The translations under genes were made by a program, and so were the position numbers. Source: Candidatus Fervidifonticultor sextus (lineage in GTDB: Bacteria; Sysuimicrobiota; Sysuimicrobiia; Sysuimicrobiales; Humicultoraceae). From it: a stretch of DNA of 57,735 nucleotides. The notes beneath the pieces were generated by a model. That model worked only from the letters and a program-made list of their open reading frames with translations, was not told the DNA's origin and made no database searches. The first letter of the stretch is position 1, and the number at the start of each line of letters is the position of its first letter. Of this stretch, positions 37,857-47,003 are shown piece after piece. The stretch covers positions 1 through 57,735 of the forward strand of contig JAVKHQ010000019.1 in the NCBI GenBank assembly GCA_031459875.1. Reading direction: 5' to 3'.

Positions 37857-37869
37857 CGCAGAGCCGCCC

Positions 37870-40206
37870 TCACCCGCGCGCCTCGGCCGGCCGTGAGAGC
37901 ACCGGCTCGCCGGGCCCCTCGGCCAGGACGACATCAGAGGGGCGAAAGACGTGCTCGGCCAGCCGCATCTCGAGCAGTCCCAACAGGAACGACAGCGAGG
38001 ACTCGGCGCCCTGGTTCTCGTTGGCCCGGTCCGGGTGAAGCCCGTCCCGGCACCCTCCCGAGGACGGATCGTAGAGCGCCAGGCCCAGATCGTTGCGGCC
38101 CAGGAACCACTCGAAGGCGCGCCGGGCCTCCTCCCGCCACCGCGCCTCACCGCTGATGCTCCAGGCGGCCAGCGCCGCGGACACGGCCGCCTGGGCCTCC
38201 ACGGGCTGCTGGTCGAACCGGGCGCGCTCCCCGCCCCGCCGGTAGAAGCCGTTGGAGCCGATGGGGACGAAGTGCCCCTCAGGCGACCGCTGGATGGAGA
38301 GCAGCCAGTCCAGGGACGTCAGCCCGACCTCGATCATGTCGGGCCGATGCATCCAGCGGCCGGCTTCGAGCAGGGCATGGGGCAGCGCCGCGTTGCCGTA
38401 GGCGACGACCTCCTCGAACCACGGCCAGTCGGGCGCAGCCGTCCGCCGGTACGCCCCCAGGAGCCGTTCGGCCAGCTCCTCTCCCACCCGGCGCACCGCG
38501 CGGTCGCCCGCGAACGCCCGCAGGTACTCCTGGATGCCGAAGAGCGCGTAGGCCCACGCCCTGGGGCTGGAAAACTCCAGCGTGGCCCCCAGGGCCTGCT
38601 CGAACAGCCGGCCGGCGGGGCCCCGCAGGCCGGGGTGCGGTGAGCGGCCCAGCACGGTGCCCAGCGCCCACAGGGCGCGGCCGTGGCTGTCCTCCGAGCC
38701 CACCGCCTCCAGCCAGCGACGGTCATAGCCCAGGAGGTTGCGGAACCGTCGTGAGCCGCCGTCAAACGCATACCAGAGGAAGGCCAGGTAGCGCGTGGCC
38801 AGGTCCGCGCCCTGGCCGGAGGCGGAGCCGCCTGCTTCCTCCAGCAGGACTGCCACGATCAGCGCCCTGGCGTTGTCATCGGTGGTGTAGCCCTCGGCGT
38901 AGTTGGGGACGGTGAACACCGCATGCTGGAGGATGCCCACGTCGTCGGTGAGCCGGCGGAGGTGGGTGAGGTTCAGCGGAGGCAGGTCTGCCGGTCGCTC
39001 CCGCAGCGTCTTGACGGCGAAGACCGACCGGGGCCGCCGGACCCGCTCCGCCCGCGCGCGCGCGAAGCACTCCAGGTACTGGCGCGCGACGGCCGGCCAG
39101 GTCATGGCGCGACCGTGGAGGTAGGCGCGCTTGCGCATGGCGTGCCGTTCGGCCTCATTGTCCAGCAACTCGATGATCCGCCCGGCGATCGCCTGCGGGG
39201 ACCGAAACGGAACCAGTACGCCCCGGCCGTCGGCCAGCAGTTCCTCCGCGTACCAGTAGGGCGTGGAGATGACGGCCTTGCCGGCGCCCATGGTGTAGGC
39301 CAGCGTGCCCGAGACGATTTGCTCCTGGTTCAGGTACGGCGTGATGTAGATGTCGGCCGCGCCGATGAACTGGAGCAGTTCCTCCAGGCTGACGAACCGG
39401 TTGTGGAAGATGACGTGCTGGTCCACCCCGCGGGCCTGCGCCAGGCGCTCCAGGGCCAGCCGGTAGGATTCGCCCTCCCTGCGCCGGACGTGGGGGTGCG
39501 TCGCCCCCAGGACGATGTAGACCACGTTGGGATGCCGCTGCAGGACGATGGGGAGGGCCTCGATGACATGCTCGATGCCCTTGTTGGGGGACAGCAGCCC
39601 GAAGGTGAGCAGCACCAACCGCCCCTCGACCCCGAACTGGTCCTTGTAGAAATTGGGGTCCACGAAGGGGACATCGGGGATGCCGTGGGGGATGACCTCC
39701 ACCTTGGCCGCGGGCGCGCCGTAGATCTCCCGGAGGAACTCGGCGGCGCGCTGGCTCATGACCACCAGCCGGTCCGAGCGGGCGACCAGGTCCTCCAGCA
39801 CCCGCTGCTGCAGCGGGGTGGGATCCCGCAGGATGGTGTGGAGGGTCGTCACCACGGGGGTGCGCAACTCGCGGAGCAGGCTCAGCAGATGGCTGCCGGC
39901 GGGCCCTCCGTAGATGCCGTATTCGTGCTGAATGCAGACCAGATCGATGCCGTTCAGGTTCAAGAAGTCGGCAGCCCGTCGGTAGGACTCCACATCTCCT
40001 TCTTCGATCTCAAACCGCACCCGGGGCGGGTAGGCGTAGCCCGATGGGCCGTCGTTGACCGGAACGGCAAAGCAGGCGATCTCCGGATCGGCGCCCGAAA
40101 GGGCCTCGCACAGGTCGGCCGTGAAGGTGGCGATGCCGCACTGCCGCGGCAGATAGGTCCCCACGATCGCGACCTTGCCCGTCCGGCTGTCATGCCCACG
40201 CTGCAT
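37870..40206 (-). CDS. GT4 glycosyltransferase fused to a C-terminal alpha-helical (six-hairpin-like) domain
   Basis: PRQCGIATF, QHEYGIYGG, NKGIE, SGTLAY. C-domain GYTTDDNARA, DSHGR, FDQQP, NQGAES. Confidence 0.88.
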   Translation of the reverse strand: MQRGHDSRTGKVAIVGTYLPRQCGIATFTADLCEALSGADPEIACFAVPVNDGPSGYAYPPRVRFEIEEGDVESYRRAADFLNLNGIDLVCIQHEYGIYGGPAGSHLLSLLRELRTPVVTTLHTILRDPTPLQQRVLEDLVARSDRLVVMSQRAAEFLREIYGAPAAKVEVIPHGIPDVPFVDPNFYKDQFGVEGRLVLLTFGLLSPNKGIEHVIEALPIVLQRHPNVVYIVLGATHPHVRRREGESYRLALERLAQARGVDQHVIFHNRFVSLEELLQFIGAADIYITPYLNQEQIVSGTLAYTMGAGKAVISTPYWYAEELLADGRGVLVPFRSPQAIAGRIIELLDNEAERHAMRKRAYLHGRAMTWPAVARQYLECFARARAERVRRPRSVFAVKTLRERPADLPPLNLTHLRRLTDDVGILQHAVFTVPNYAEGYTTDDNARALIVAVLLEEAGGSASGQGADLATRYLAFLWYAFDGGSRRFRNLLGYDRRWLEAVGSEDSHGRALWALGTVLGRSPHPGLRGPAGRLFEQALGATLEFSSPRAWAYALFGIQEYLRAFAGDRAVRRVGEELAERLLGAYRRTAAPDWPWFEEVVAYGNAALPHALLEAGRWMHRPDMIEVGLTSLDWLLSIQRSPEGHFVPIGSNGFYRRGGERARFDQQPVEAQAAVSAALAAWSISGEARWREEARRAFEWFLGRNDLGLALYDPSSGGCRDGLHPDRANENQGAESSLSFLLGLLEMRLAEHVFRPSDVVLAEGPGEPVLSRPAEARG

Positions 40207-40405
40207 ACGCTGCACCTCCCTTGCAACGCGCCGGCCCCTCGACGCGACGCTCTCCACCGTCCCACGCGGCGACCAGAGGGGCACGACGCTACTGACCATG
40301 ATCTGGCATCCGCCGGGATCTGACGCTATGGACAACGAGCAGGGCAAGAAAATTATACCATCGGAACCGGCAGGCCGCCGCCTCCGACCGCGGATCGCGT
40401 CCTCT

Positions 40406-41683
40406 TCAAATCGCCCCGTCCACCACCGACCGGCCCAGGGCGTAGCGCAGCGAGATCACCGCGGCGATCTCGTCGAACTCGGCCTGCGCCAGCGTCACCT
40501 CCGCCTGGACCAGCGCGGTCTGCGCGTCGATCACCTCCAGGAACGGACCGGCGCCAGCCGCGTAGCGTCCCTGGGCCAGGCGCAGCGACTCCTGCGCGAA
40601 CGCCAGCCCGGCGCGCGCACTGGCGATGCGGGCGCGGGCGTTCTGCACGGCCAGCAGCGCCGCCAGCGCCTGCTGCTGGACCGAGACCCGGGTCGTCTCG
40701 ATGCGCGCGCGGGCCGCCGCCAGGTTGGCTGCGGCCTCGGCCACCTGCGCCTGCACGCGCCCGGCATCGGACAGCGGCAGGCTCACCGTGCCGCCCACCG
40801 AGTACGTGGTCTGTGGCGAAGGATTCCACGCCTGGGACACGCGACCGTCCACCGTCACCTGCAGCCCGCCGCCGGCCGCGGCGAGCGCCAGGGCGGCTTC
40901 GGCCGCTTCGATGTCGGCCTGCGCGCGGAGCACCTCGGGACGCTGCTCGACGAGCCCTGGCAGCGCGGCGGCCGCCACCGTGAGTGGCGGGACCGGCGGC
41001 GGCGGTGCCACCGCGATCGGCGCGGCGGGCGGAAGGCCGATGGCGGCGTTGAGGGCGGCCTTGGACTGCTCAAAGGCGTTCTGAGCCACAAGCAGCTCCC
41101 CCTCCGCCGCCGCCAGCCCCGCCTGCGCGCGCACCACGTCGGCCCGCGGCACCACGCCCGTCCGGAACTGGCCCTCGGCCAGCCGGACCAGTTCCCGGTG
41201 CTGCACCACGACCTGCTGGCGCTGGGCCACTGTCCGTTCGGCCCTCAGGACGCCGACGTAGGCCAGCGCCACGGCCTGGGCGACGTCCTGGCGGGCGGCC
41301 TCCAGGGCCAGCCTGGCGGCCTTGAGGCCGGCCTCCGCCTGGCGCACGGCGTGCGCGATCCGCCCGCTGTCGTAGAGCACGTAGGAGGCGCCCACCGAGA
41401 CCGAACTCGAAAACGACGGCGTCGCGGCCGGTGTGCCGCCCCCCGCGGTGCCGGCGCTCCCTGTGGCAGTCACGGTCGGCCCGCGCCCCGATCGCGCCAG
41501 CGCCACGCGGGCTTCCGCCGCCGCGACAGCCTGGCGCGCGGCGTCGATGGCGGGGTTGCGCTGCTCTGCGGCCGCGATGAGTTCGGCCAGCGTCATCGGC
41601 CGCAGGGCCTGGGCGCCTGCGGCCGAGGGCCTTGAGATGGCACTGGACACCAACAGGACAGCCGCCAGCGCAATCGTGCGCAT
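40406..41683 (-). CDS. TolC family outer membrane efflux protein
   Basis: Signal peptide, two OEP repeats, RYAAGAGPFLEVIDAQ. Confidence 0.88.
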   Translation of the reverse strand: MRTIALAAVLLVSSAISRPSAAGAQALRPMTLAELIAAAEQRNPAIDAARQAVAAAEARVALARSGRGPTVTATGSAGTAGGGTPAATPSFSSSVSVGASYVLYDSGRIAHAVRQAEAGLKAARLALEAARQDVAQAVALAYVGVLRAERTVAQRQQVVVQHRELVRLAEGQFRTGVVPRADVVRAQAGLAAAEGELLVAQNAFEQSKAALNAAIGLPPAAPIAVAPPPPVPPLTVAAAALPGLVEQRPEVLRAQADIEAAEAALALAAAGGGLQVTVDGRVSQAWNPSPQTTYSVGGTVSLPLSDAGRVQAQVAEAAANLAAARARIETTRVSVQQQALAALLAVQNARARIASARAGLAFAQESLRLAQGRYAAGAGPFLEVIDAQTALVQAEVTLAQAEFDEIAAVISLRYALGRSVVDGAI

Positions 41684-41710
41684 CGACTCCTCCTTGACGG
41701 TCCGGGGGAA

Positions 41711-42220
41711 TTACTCCTGCATTCGGCGCTCGAGGTAGCGGATCATTCTCTCGAAGGCGCGGGCGCGGAACTGCGCGCGCTGATCGTCGCTGAGCGGGGC
41801 CCCTGCCGTCCCCGCCAGGGGCCCCGGAGGGACGGCATCGCCGGCGGTGCCGGGCCCCCGCTGCGCCTGGACGCGCTCTCGGAAGCGCTGCCTGGCCTCC
41901 TCCAGCGCCGCCCGTTGCGACGGCGTGAACATCCGGCGGACCGCCTCCGCGATGACCGCGGCGGCCTCCGCGTCCTGCGGCGGGACGTCCTTGAGCGCCC
42001 TGACAAACGGCAGCGCCTGGGCGACCTGCTCCCTGGTGAGTCGGGTCTGGGGGTTGCGTTCCAGGGTCCGGATCGCCAGGATCAGGGCCAGGCCCGGATC
42101 CCGCGGGGCCACAGCCTGCGGCCGCGCGGCCGGCCGGGTGCGCGTGAAGTAGACGCCTCCGCCGGCCAACACCAGCGCGGCGACCGCCCCGGCGAGCCAG
42201 ACCCACCCGGGCCTACTCAT
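41711..42220 (-). CDS. membrane-anchored hypothetical protein
   Basis: Single N-terminal TM, helical LTREQ/FTPSQ repeats. Overlaps the permease stop. Confidence 0.7.
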   Translation of the reverse strand: MSRPGWVWLAGAVAALVLAGGGVYFTRTRPAARPQAVAPRDPGLALILAIRTLERNPQTRLTREQVAQALPFVRALKDVPPQDAEAAAVIAEAVRRMFTPSQRAALEEARQRFRERVQAQRGPGTAGDAVPPGPLAGTAGAPLSDDQRAQFRARAFERMIRYLERRMQE

Positions 42221-43424
42221 GGCGCAGCGCCTCGATCGGATCGAGTCGCGCCGCCCGCTGCGCCGGGTAGAGGCCGAAGAAGACCCCCACAGCCACCGCA
42301 AACGCGAAGGCCAGCAGCACCGCCGGGACCGAGATCAACGTCGCCCACCCGGCGATCTGGCTGATCAGGCGCGTGGCAGCGACCCCGATCGCGATCCCCA
42401 GCAGGCCGCCGCTGACGGAGAGCGCCACCGACTCCACCAGGAACTGGAGCAGGATGTCCCGGCGCCGGGCGCCGACGGCCATGCGGATGCCGATCTCCCG
42501 CGTCCGCTCCGTGACCGAAACCAGCATGATGTTCATGATGCCGATCCCGCCGACGACCAGCGACACCGCGGCGATGCTTCCCAGCAGCACGGTCATCGTC
42601 TGCGCCACGCCGGAGAAGACCTGCAGGATGTCGGCCTGGCTGCGAATGGTGAAGTCGTCCTCGCGGCCGGCCTCGAGGCGGTGACGCCGGCGGAGCAGGT
42701 CGGCCACCGCTTCCTGGGCGGCCGGCATCTCTTCCTCCGAGGCGACCTGCACCTGGATCGAGCCCACGTGGCGGACCCCGAACAGCCGGCGCTGCGCGGT
42801 GGCCAGCGGCACGAGCACCAGGTCGTCGCGGTCGAAGAACGACGTGGCGCCCTTGGGTTCCATCACGCCGATGACCGCGAACGTGATCCCCCGGATCTTG
42901 ATGGGCTGGCCGATGGGATCGGCCTCCCCGAAGAGGCGCTGGGCCACGGTCTGGCCCAGCAGCGCCACCCTGGCCCGGGTCCGCATGTGGTCGTCGGTGA
43001 TGAACTCCCCGCGGATCGGGCGGAAGTTGCGGACACGCTGGTACTCCGGCGTGACGCCGACCACGCGGGTGACGACGTTCTCGCTGCGGTAGACCACCTG
43101 GGCCTGGCGGTTCAACTCGGCGCTGACCCCGGTGACCTGGGGGACCTGGCGCCGGATCGCCTCGGCGTCGTCGGCCGTCAGCGTCTGGACCGGATCGCCG
43201 CGCGCGATGCCCCCGGCCTGCGCCGTCCCGGCGAACACGGTGAGCAGGTTGCTGCCCAGGGCCTGGACCTGTTCGGTCGTCGCCCGCCGCGCGCCCTGGC
43301 CGATGGCGATCATGGCGATCACAGCCCCGACGCCAATGATGACCCCCAGCGCGGTCAGGATGGAGCGCAGGGGAGTGCCGGCGATGGCCCGCAGCGCAAT
43401 GCGGAACGCGGCCGCCAGCGTCAC
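42213..43424 (-). CDS. MacB-type ABC exporter permease
   Basis: RSILTALGVIIG, GGIGIMNIMLVSVTERTREIGIR, DPIEALRHE. Confidence 0.94.
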   Translation of the reverse strand: MTLAAAFRIALRAIAGTPLRSILTALGVIIGVGAVIAMIAIGQGARRATTEQVQALGSNLLTVFAGTAQAGGIARGDPVQTLTADDAEAIRRQVPQVTGVSAELNRQAQVVYRSENVVTRVVGVTPEYQRVRNFRPIRGEFITDDHMRTRARVALLGQTVAQRLFGEADPIGQPIKIRGITFAVIGVMEPKGATSFFDRDDLVLVPLATAQRRLFGVRHVGSIQVQVASEEEMPAAQEAVADLLRRRHRLEAGREDDFTIRSQADILQVFSGVAQTMTVLLGSIAAVSLVVGGIGIMNIMLVSVTERTREIGIRMAVGARRRDILLQFLVESVALSVSGGLLGIAIGVAATRLISQIAGWATLISVPAVLLAFAFAVAVGVFFGLYPAQRAARLDPIEALRHE

Positions 43425-44131
43425 CGCGGGGGCCCCCCGGACGCCGCGAAGCGGGGGCGCGCCGGCTCGTCGCGGACGATGCGGCCGTCCCGGAAGTGGA
43501 CGAGGCGGCGCGCGTGGGCGGCGATGTCGGCTTCGTGGGTCACCAGCACGATGGTCATCCCCTGGCGGGACAGGCCGTCGAGCACCCTCATGATCTCCCC
43601 CGCGGTCGCCGAATCCAGGTTGCCCGTGGGCTCATCCGCCAGGATGATCGGCGGCGCCATCACCAGGGCCCGCGCAATGGCAACCCGCTGCTGCTCGCCG
43701 CCCGACAGTTGCGTGGGCAGGTGACCGGCCCGATCCCGAAGCCCCACCGCCTCCAGCGCGGCCAGGGCCCTGGCGCGGCGATCAGGGATCCCGGCGTAGA
43801 TCATGGGCAACTCGACGTTCTCGACGGCCGTGGTGCGGGGGAGCAGGTTGAACGACTGGAAGACAAACCCGATGCGGCGATTGCGCAGGCGCGCCAGGGC
43901 CACCTCGTCGAGGCGGCCGACATCGGTCCCGTCCAGGACATAGGTACCGGATGTGGGGCGATCCAGGCAGCCGATGATGTTCATGCAGGTGGACTTGCCC
44001 GATCCGCTGGGCCCCATGATGGCGACGAACTCGCCGGCGTCGATCTCCAGCGAGATCCCGCGCAGCGCCCGCACCTCGACCCCATCCATCCGGTAGACCT
44101 TCTCGACCTCGCGCAGGGAGATGAGCGCCAC
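43421..44131 (-). CDS. MacB/LolD-type ABC ATP-binding protein
   Basis: GPSGSGKST, LSGGEQQR, LADEPTGNLD. Confidence 0.95.
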   Translation of the reverse strand: MALISLREVEKVYRMDGVEVRALRGISLEIDAGEFVAIMGPSGSGKSTCMNIIGCLDRPTSGTYVLDGTDVGRLDEVALARLRNRRIGFVFQSFNLLPRTTAVENVELPMIYAGIPDRRARALAALEAVGLRDRAGHLPTQLSGGEQQRVAIARALVMAPPIILADEPTGNLDSATAGEIMRVLDGLSRQGMTIVLVTHEADIAAHARRLVHFRDGRIVRDEPARPRFAASGGPPR

Positions 44132-44138
44132 GGCGCGC

Positions 44139-45638
44139 CTACGGCCCGGGTCGGATCGGGGTCGTCCGACGCGGAAACTGGGGCAGGAAGGGGTTGACCG
44201 GCTGCTGGGGCCGCGCGCCAGTCCCGGAGGGCTGGTGGGCCGGGCCCAGGTAGACGGTCTGGCCGGCGGTGATCTCGCGCCCCAGCCCCCGGACGATCTC
44301 CACCTGCCGGCCGTCGGTGGCGCCGGTCTCCACCACCACCGGCGTCAGCGTCTTGCCCTCGACGAGGATCAGGACCCTGGCGTCCTTCCCGCGGATCGCT
44401 TCGGCCGGCACCAGGAGGACACCCCGACGCTCGACGATGATGAACTCCGCATCCACGGTCATGCCCAGCCGGAGCAGCCGGTCCGGGTTCTCGATATCCA
44501 CCACCACGGTGTACTGGGTCACGTTCTGCACGACGACCGACTGGGGCGCGATCCTGGTCACCGTGCCGGCAAACGTCCGGCCGGGCAGGGCGTCGGCGGT
44601 GATGCGCGCGGTCTGGCCCTCCCGGACCTGCGCGATGTCCGATTCGTCCACGTTGACGGACGCCTGGACGACCCGCGTGTCGGCGATGGTCACAATCAGA
44701 GTTCCGCCGCCGGTCAGCCCGCCGATCACCGACTGGCCGACCTGCACCGGCAGGCGCGCCACGACGCCGGCAATCGGCGCGACGATCCGGGTCTCGTCCA
44801 GCCGGTCGCGGGCCTGCGCCAGCTGCGCGCGGGCGTTCCTGACCTGGGCCTCGGCGGCCGCCACGTCGGCGGCCAGCACGCCTTCCTGGAGCCGCATGGC
44901 GCGGGCCTGCTGGAGCGCCGCCTCGGCCTCCGCCACCTGGGCCCGCGCGATGGCGACCTCCTCGGGCCGGCTCCCTGCCTCCAGTTCCCGCAGCCGCGCC
45001 CGCGCCGCGGCGACCTGGGCCTGGGCCACGTCGTGCTGGTTCTGGGCCTGGTCCAGTTGCGAGCGGGAGACCAGCCCGTCGGTGAAGAGGGCGCGCGTGC
45101 GCTCGAGGGTCTGGCGGGCGAGATCGGCGGCCAGTTCGGCCGCTCGCAGCGCCTCCCGGGCCTGGTCGGTCTGCTCGGCGCGGGCCCCGGCCAGCACCTG
45201 GGCCAGACGGGCCCGCGCGGTGGCGAGCGCGCTCTCCGCCTGGGTCACGCGCACGGCGTTCTGCGCCCGGGTCGCCGCCAGCTGGCTGCGCGCCTGCTCC
45301 AGACGCGCCCGCGCCGCGGCGAGCTGGGCCTGGCTGGTCTCGTACCCCGCCCGGGCGTCGCGGTCGTCGATGACCGCGAGCACCTGGCCGGCGCTGACCC
45401 GGTCGCCCTCCCGCACCCGGAGGTCGACGACGGTGCCGGTGGCCCGGGAGCGCACCTCCACCTGGGCGTAGGGCTGCAGGGTCCCGGTCGCCGAAACGCT
45501 GGCGATCAGATTGCCCCGCTCAATCCTGGCCGTGCGCGGTCCCTCGACAGCCGGCCGCGCAGCCCGGCTCCCCCGCGCCAGCCAGACCCCGCCGGCGAGC
45601 ACGGCGAGGAGACAGACCGCGATGACCATGCGCTTCAT
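44139..45638 (-). CDS. efflux periplasmic adaptor (MacA/HlyD-like) with long coiled coil
   Basis: N-terminal TM, VREGDRVSAGQVL, IVAPIAGVV, VDESDIAQVREGQ. Confidence 0.9.
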   Translation of the reverse strand: MKRMVIAVCLLAVLAGGVWLARGSRAARPAVEGPRTARIERGNLIASVSATGTLQPYAQVEVRSRATGTVVDLRVREGDRVSAGQVLAVIDDRDARAGYETSQAQLAAARARLEQARSQLAATRAQNAVRVTQAESALATARARLAQVLAGARAEQTDQAREALRAAELAADLARQTLERTRALFTDGLVSRSQLDQAQNQHDVAQAQVAAARARLRELEAGSRPEEVAIARAQVAEAEAALQQARAMRLQEGVLAADVAAAEAQVRNARAQLAQARDRLDETRIVAPIAGVVARLPVQVGQSVIGGLTGGGTLIVTIADTRVVQASVNVDESDIAQVREGQTARITADALPGRTFAGTVTRIAPQSVVVQNVTQYTVVVDIENPDRLLRLGMTVDAEFIIVERRGVLLVPAEAIRGKDARVLILVEGKTLTPVVVETGATDGRQVEIVRGLGREITAGQTVYLGPAHQPSGTGARPQQPVNPFLPQFPRRTTPIRPGP

Positions 45639-45705
45639 CAAATATATGACGGTCGAGATCCGCCGCCCGTTGAGCGCGCTGTCGGTGGTCGGGCGATGGG
45701 AGTGG

Positions 45706-46149
45706 TTACGCGGACCCCGAATCCTCCCCCGGGACCGCCTCCACCAGGAGGATCGCCTCCCCGTCCAGCACGACCTCCCCGCGCTGGTTGGTGCAGGTGG
45801 TCCGGATCGTCAGACGCCGCCTGCTGGCGTCGAAGGCCACCACCTCGGCGGCGGCCGTGATGTGATCGCCGGCGCGGACCGGCCGGCGGAAGTGGAGCGA
45901 CTGGCTCACGTAGATCCCGCCCGGCCCGGGCAGGTGCATGCCCAGCACGGCGGAGATCAGCCCCGCCGTCAGCATGCCGTGTGCGATCCGGCCGCCGAAC
46001 CGGGTGGTGCGCGCGAAGGCCTCGTCGGTGTGCAGCGGATTGTAGTCGCCGGTCAGGCGGGCGAAAGCCTGGATGTCCTCCTCGGCGATAGTCTTCGCCA
46101 CCGTCGCCGTCTGTCCCGGCGCGAAGGTCCGAGGACCCGGTGGCCTCAC
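45706..46149 (-). CDS. MaoC-family (R)-enoyl-CoA hydratase (PhaJ-like)
   Basis: FARLTGDYNPLH, IAHGML, LPGPG. Confidence 0.9.
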   Translation of the reverse strand: MRPPGPRTFAPGQTATVAKTIAEEDIQAFARLTGDYNPLHTDEAFARTTRFGGRIAHGMLTAGLISAVLGMHLPGPGGIYVSQSLHFRRPVRAGDHITAAAEVVAFDASRRRLTIRTTCTNQRGEVVLDGEAILLVEAVPGEDSGSA

Positions 46150-47003
46150 CCCGCCCCTGCCGCCAGCAGCGCCCGCGCGCCGAAGACCCGGACTAGGTGC
46201 GCCCGGTAGGCCGCATCCGCCGCCAGGTCCTCCAGCATCTCCACCCCTTCGGTCGCGCGTTCCATCGCCGCCTTCACCGCCGCCTCGGTCATCGCCTGGC
46301 CGGCCAGCGCCGCCTCAACCGCCCGGGCTCGGAACGCGTGGGCCGCCGCCCCGGTAAACGCCAGCCGGACCTGCGGCCCCTGTCCCTTCGCGCCGGCGCG
46401 CAGCACGGCGGCCGCGCCGACGATGGCAAACCCGCTGGCGGGATGCTTCATCTTGCGGTAGGCCGACCCGATGATCGCCGGCTTGAGGGGAATCCGGACC
46501 TCGGTGAGGATCTCGCCCGGCTTCAGCGCCGTGGCGAACAAGCCCGTGAAGAACCCGTCCGCCGGAATCGTCCGCTGCCGGCCCGGCCCCCTCACCACCG
46601 CCATCCCCTCCAGGGCCAGGAACGCCGCCGGGTAGTCGGCGGCCGGGTCGGCGTGCGCCAGGCTGCCGCCGATGGTCCCACGGTTGCGCACTTGAATGTC
46701 GCCGATCTGCTCTGCGGCCTCAGCGAGGGCGCGGGCGCGCTTCCAGACCAGCGCCGACGACGCGATTTGCTCGTGGGTGGTCATCGCGCCGATGAGCAGG
46801 GTTCCCGCCGTTTCCTTGATGTAGGCCAGGCCGCGGATGCGCCCCAGGTCCACCACCATCTTCGGGGTCGCGGCCCGCAGTTTCATCAGCGACAGCAGGC
46901 TCTGCCCGCCTGCCATCAGCCGCGCGTCGCGATGCCTGCGCAGCAGTCTCAGCGCCTCGTCCACGGTCTTGGGTGCCGCGTAATCAAAGGCTGCCGGGAT
47001 CAT
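46146..47003 (-). CDS. CoxM-like FAD-binding subunit
   Basis: MIPAAFDY, AGGQSL, QVRNRGTIGGSLAHADPAAD. Confidence 0.92.
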   Translation of the reverse strand: MIPAAFDYAAPKTVDEALRLLRRHRDARLMAGGQSLLSLMKLRAATPKMVVDLGRIRGLAYIKETAGTLLIGAMTTHEQIASSALVWKRARALAEAAEQIGDIQVRNRGTIGGSLAHADPAADYPAAFLALEGMAVVRGPGRQRTIPADGFFTGLFATALKPGEILTEVRIPLKPAIIGSAYRKMKHPASGFAIVGAAAVLRAGAKGQGPQVRLAFTGAAAHAFRARAVEAALAGQAMTEAAVKAAMERATEGVEMLEDLAADAAYRAHLVRVFGARALLAAGAG

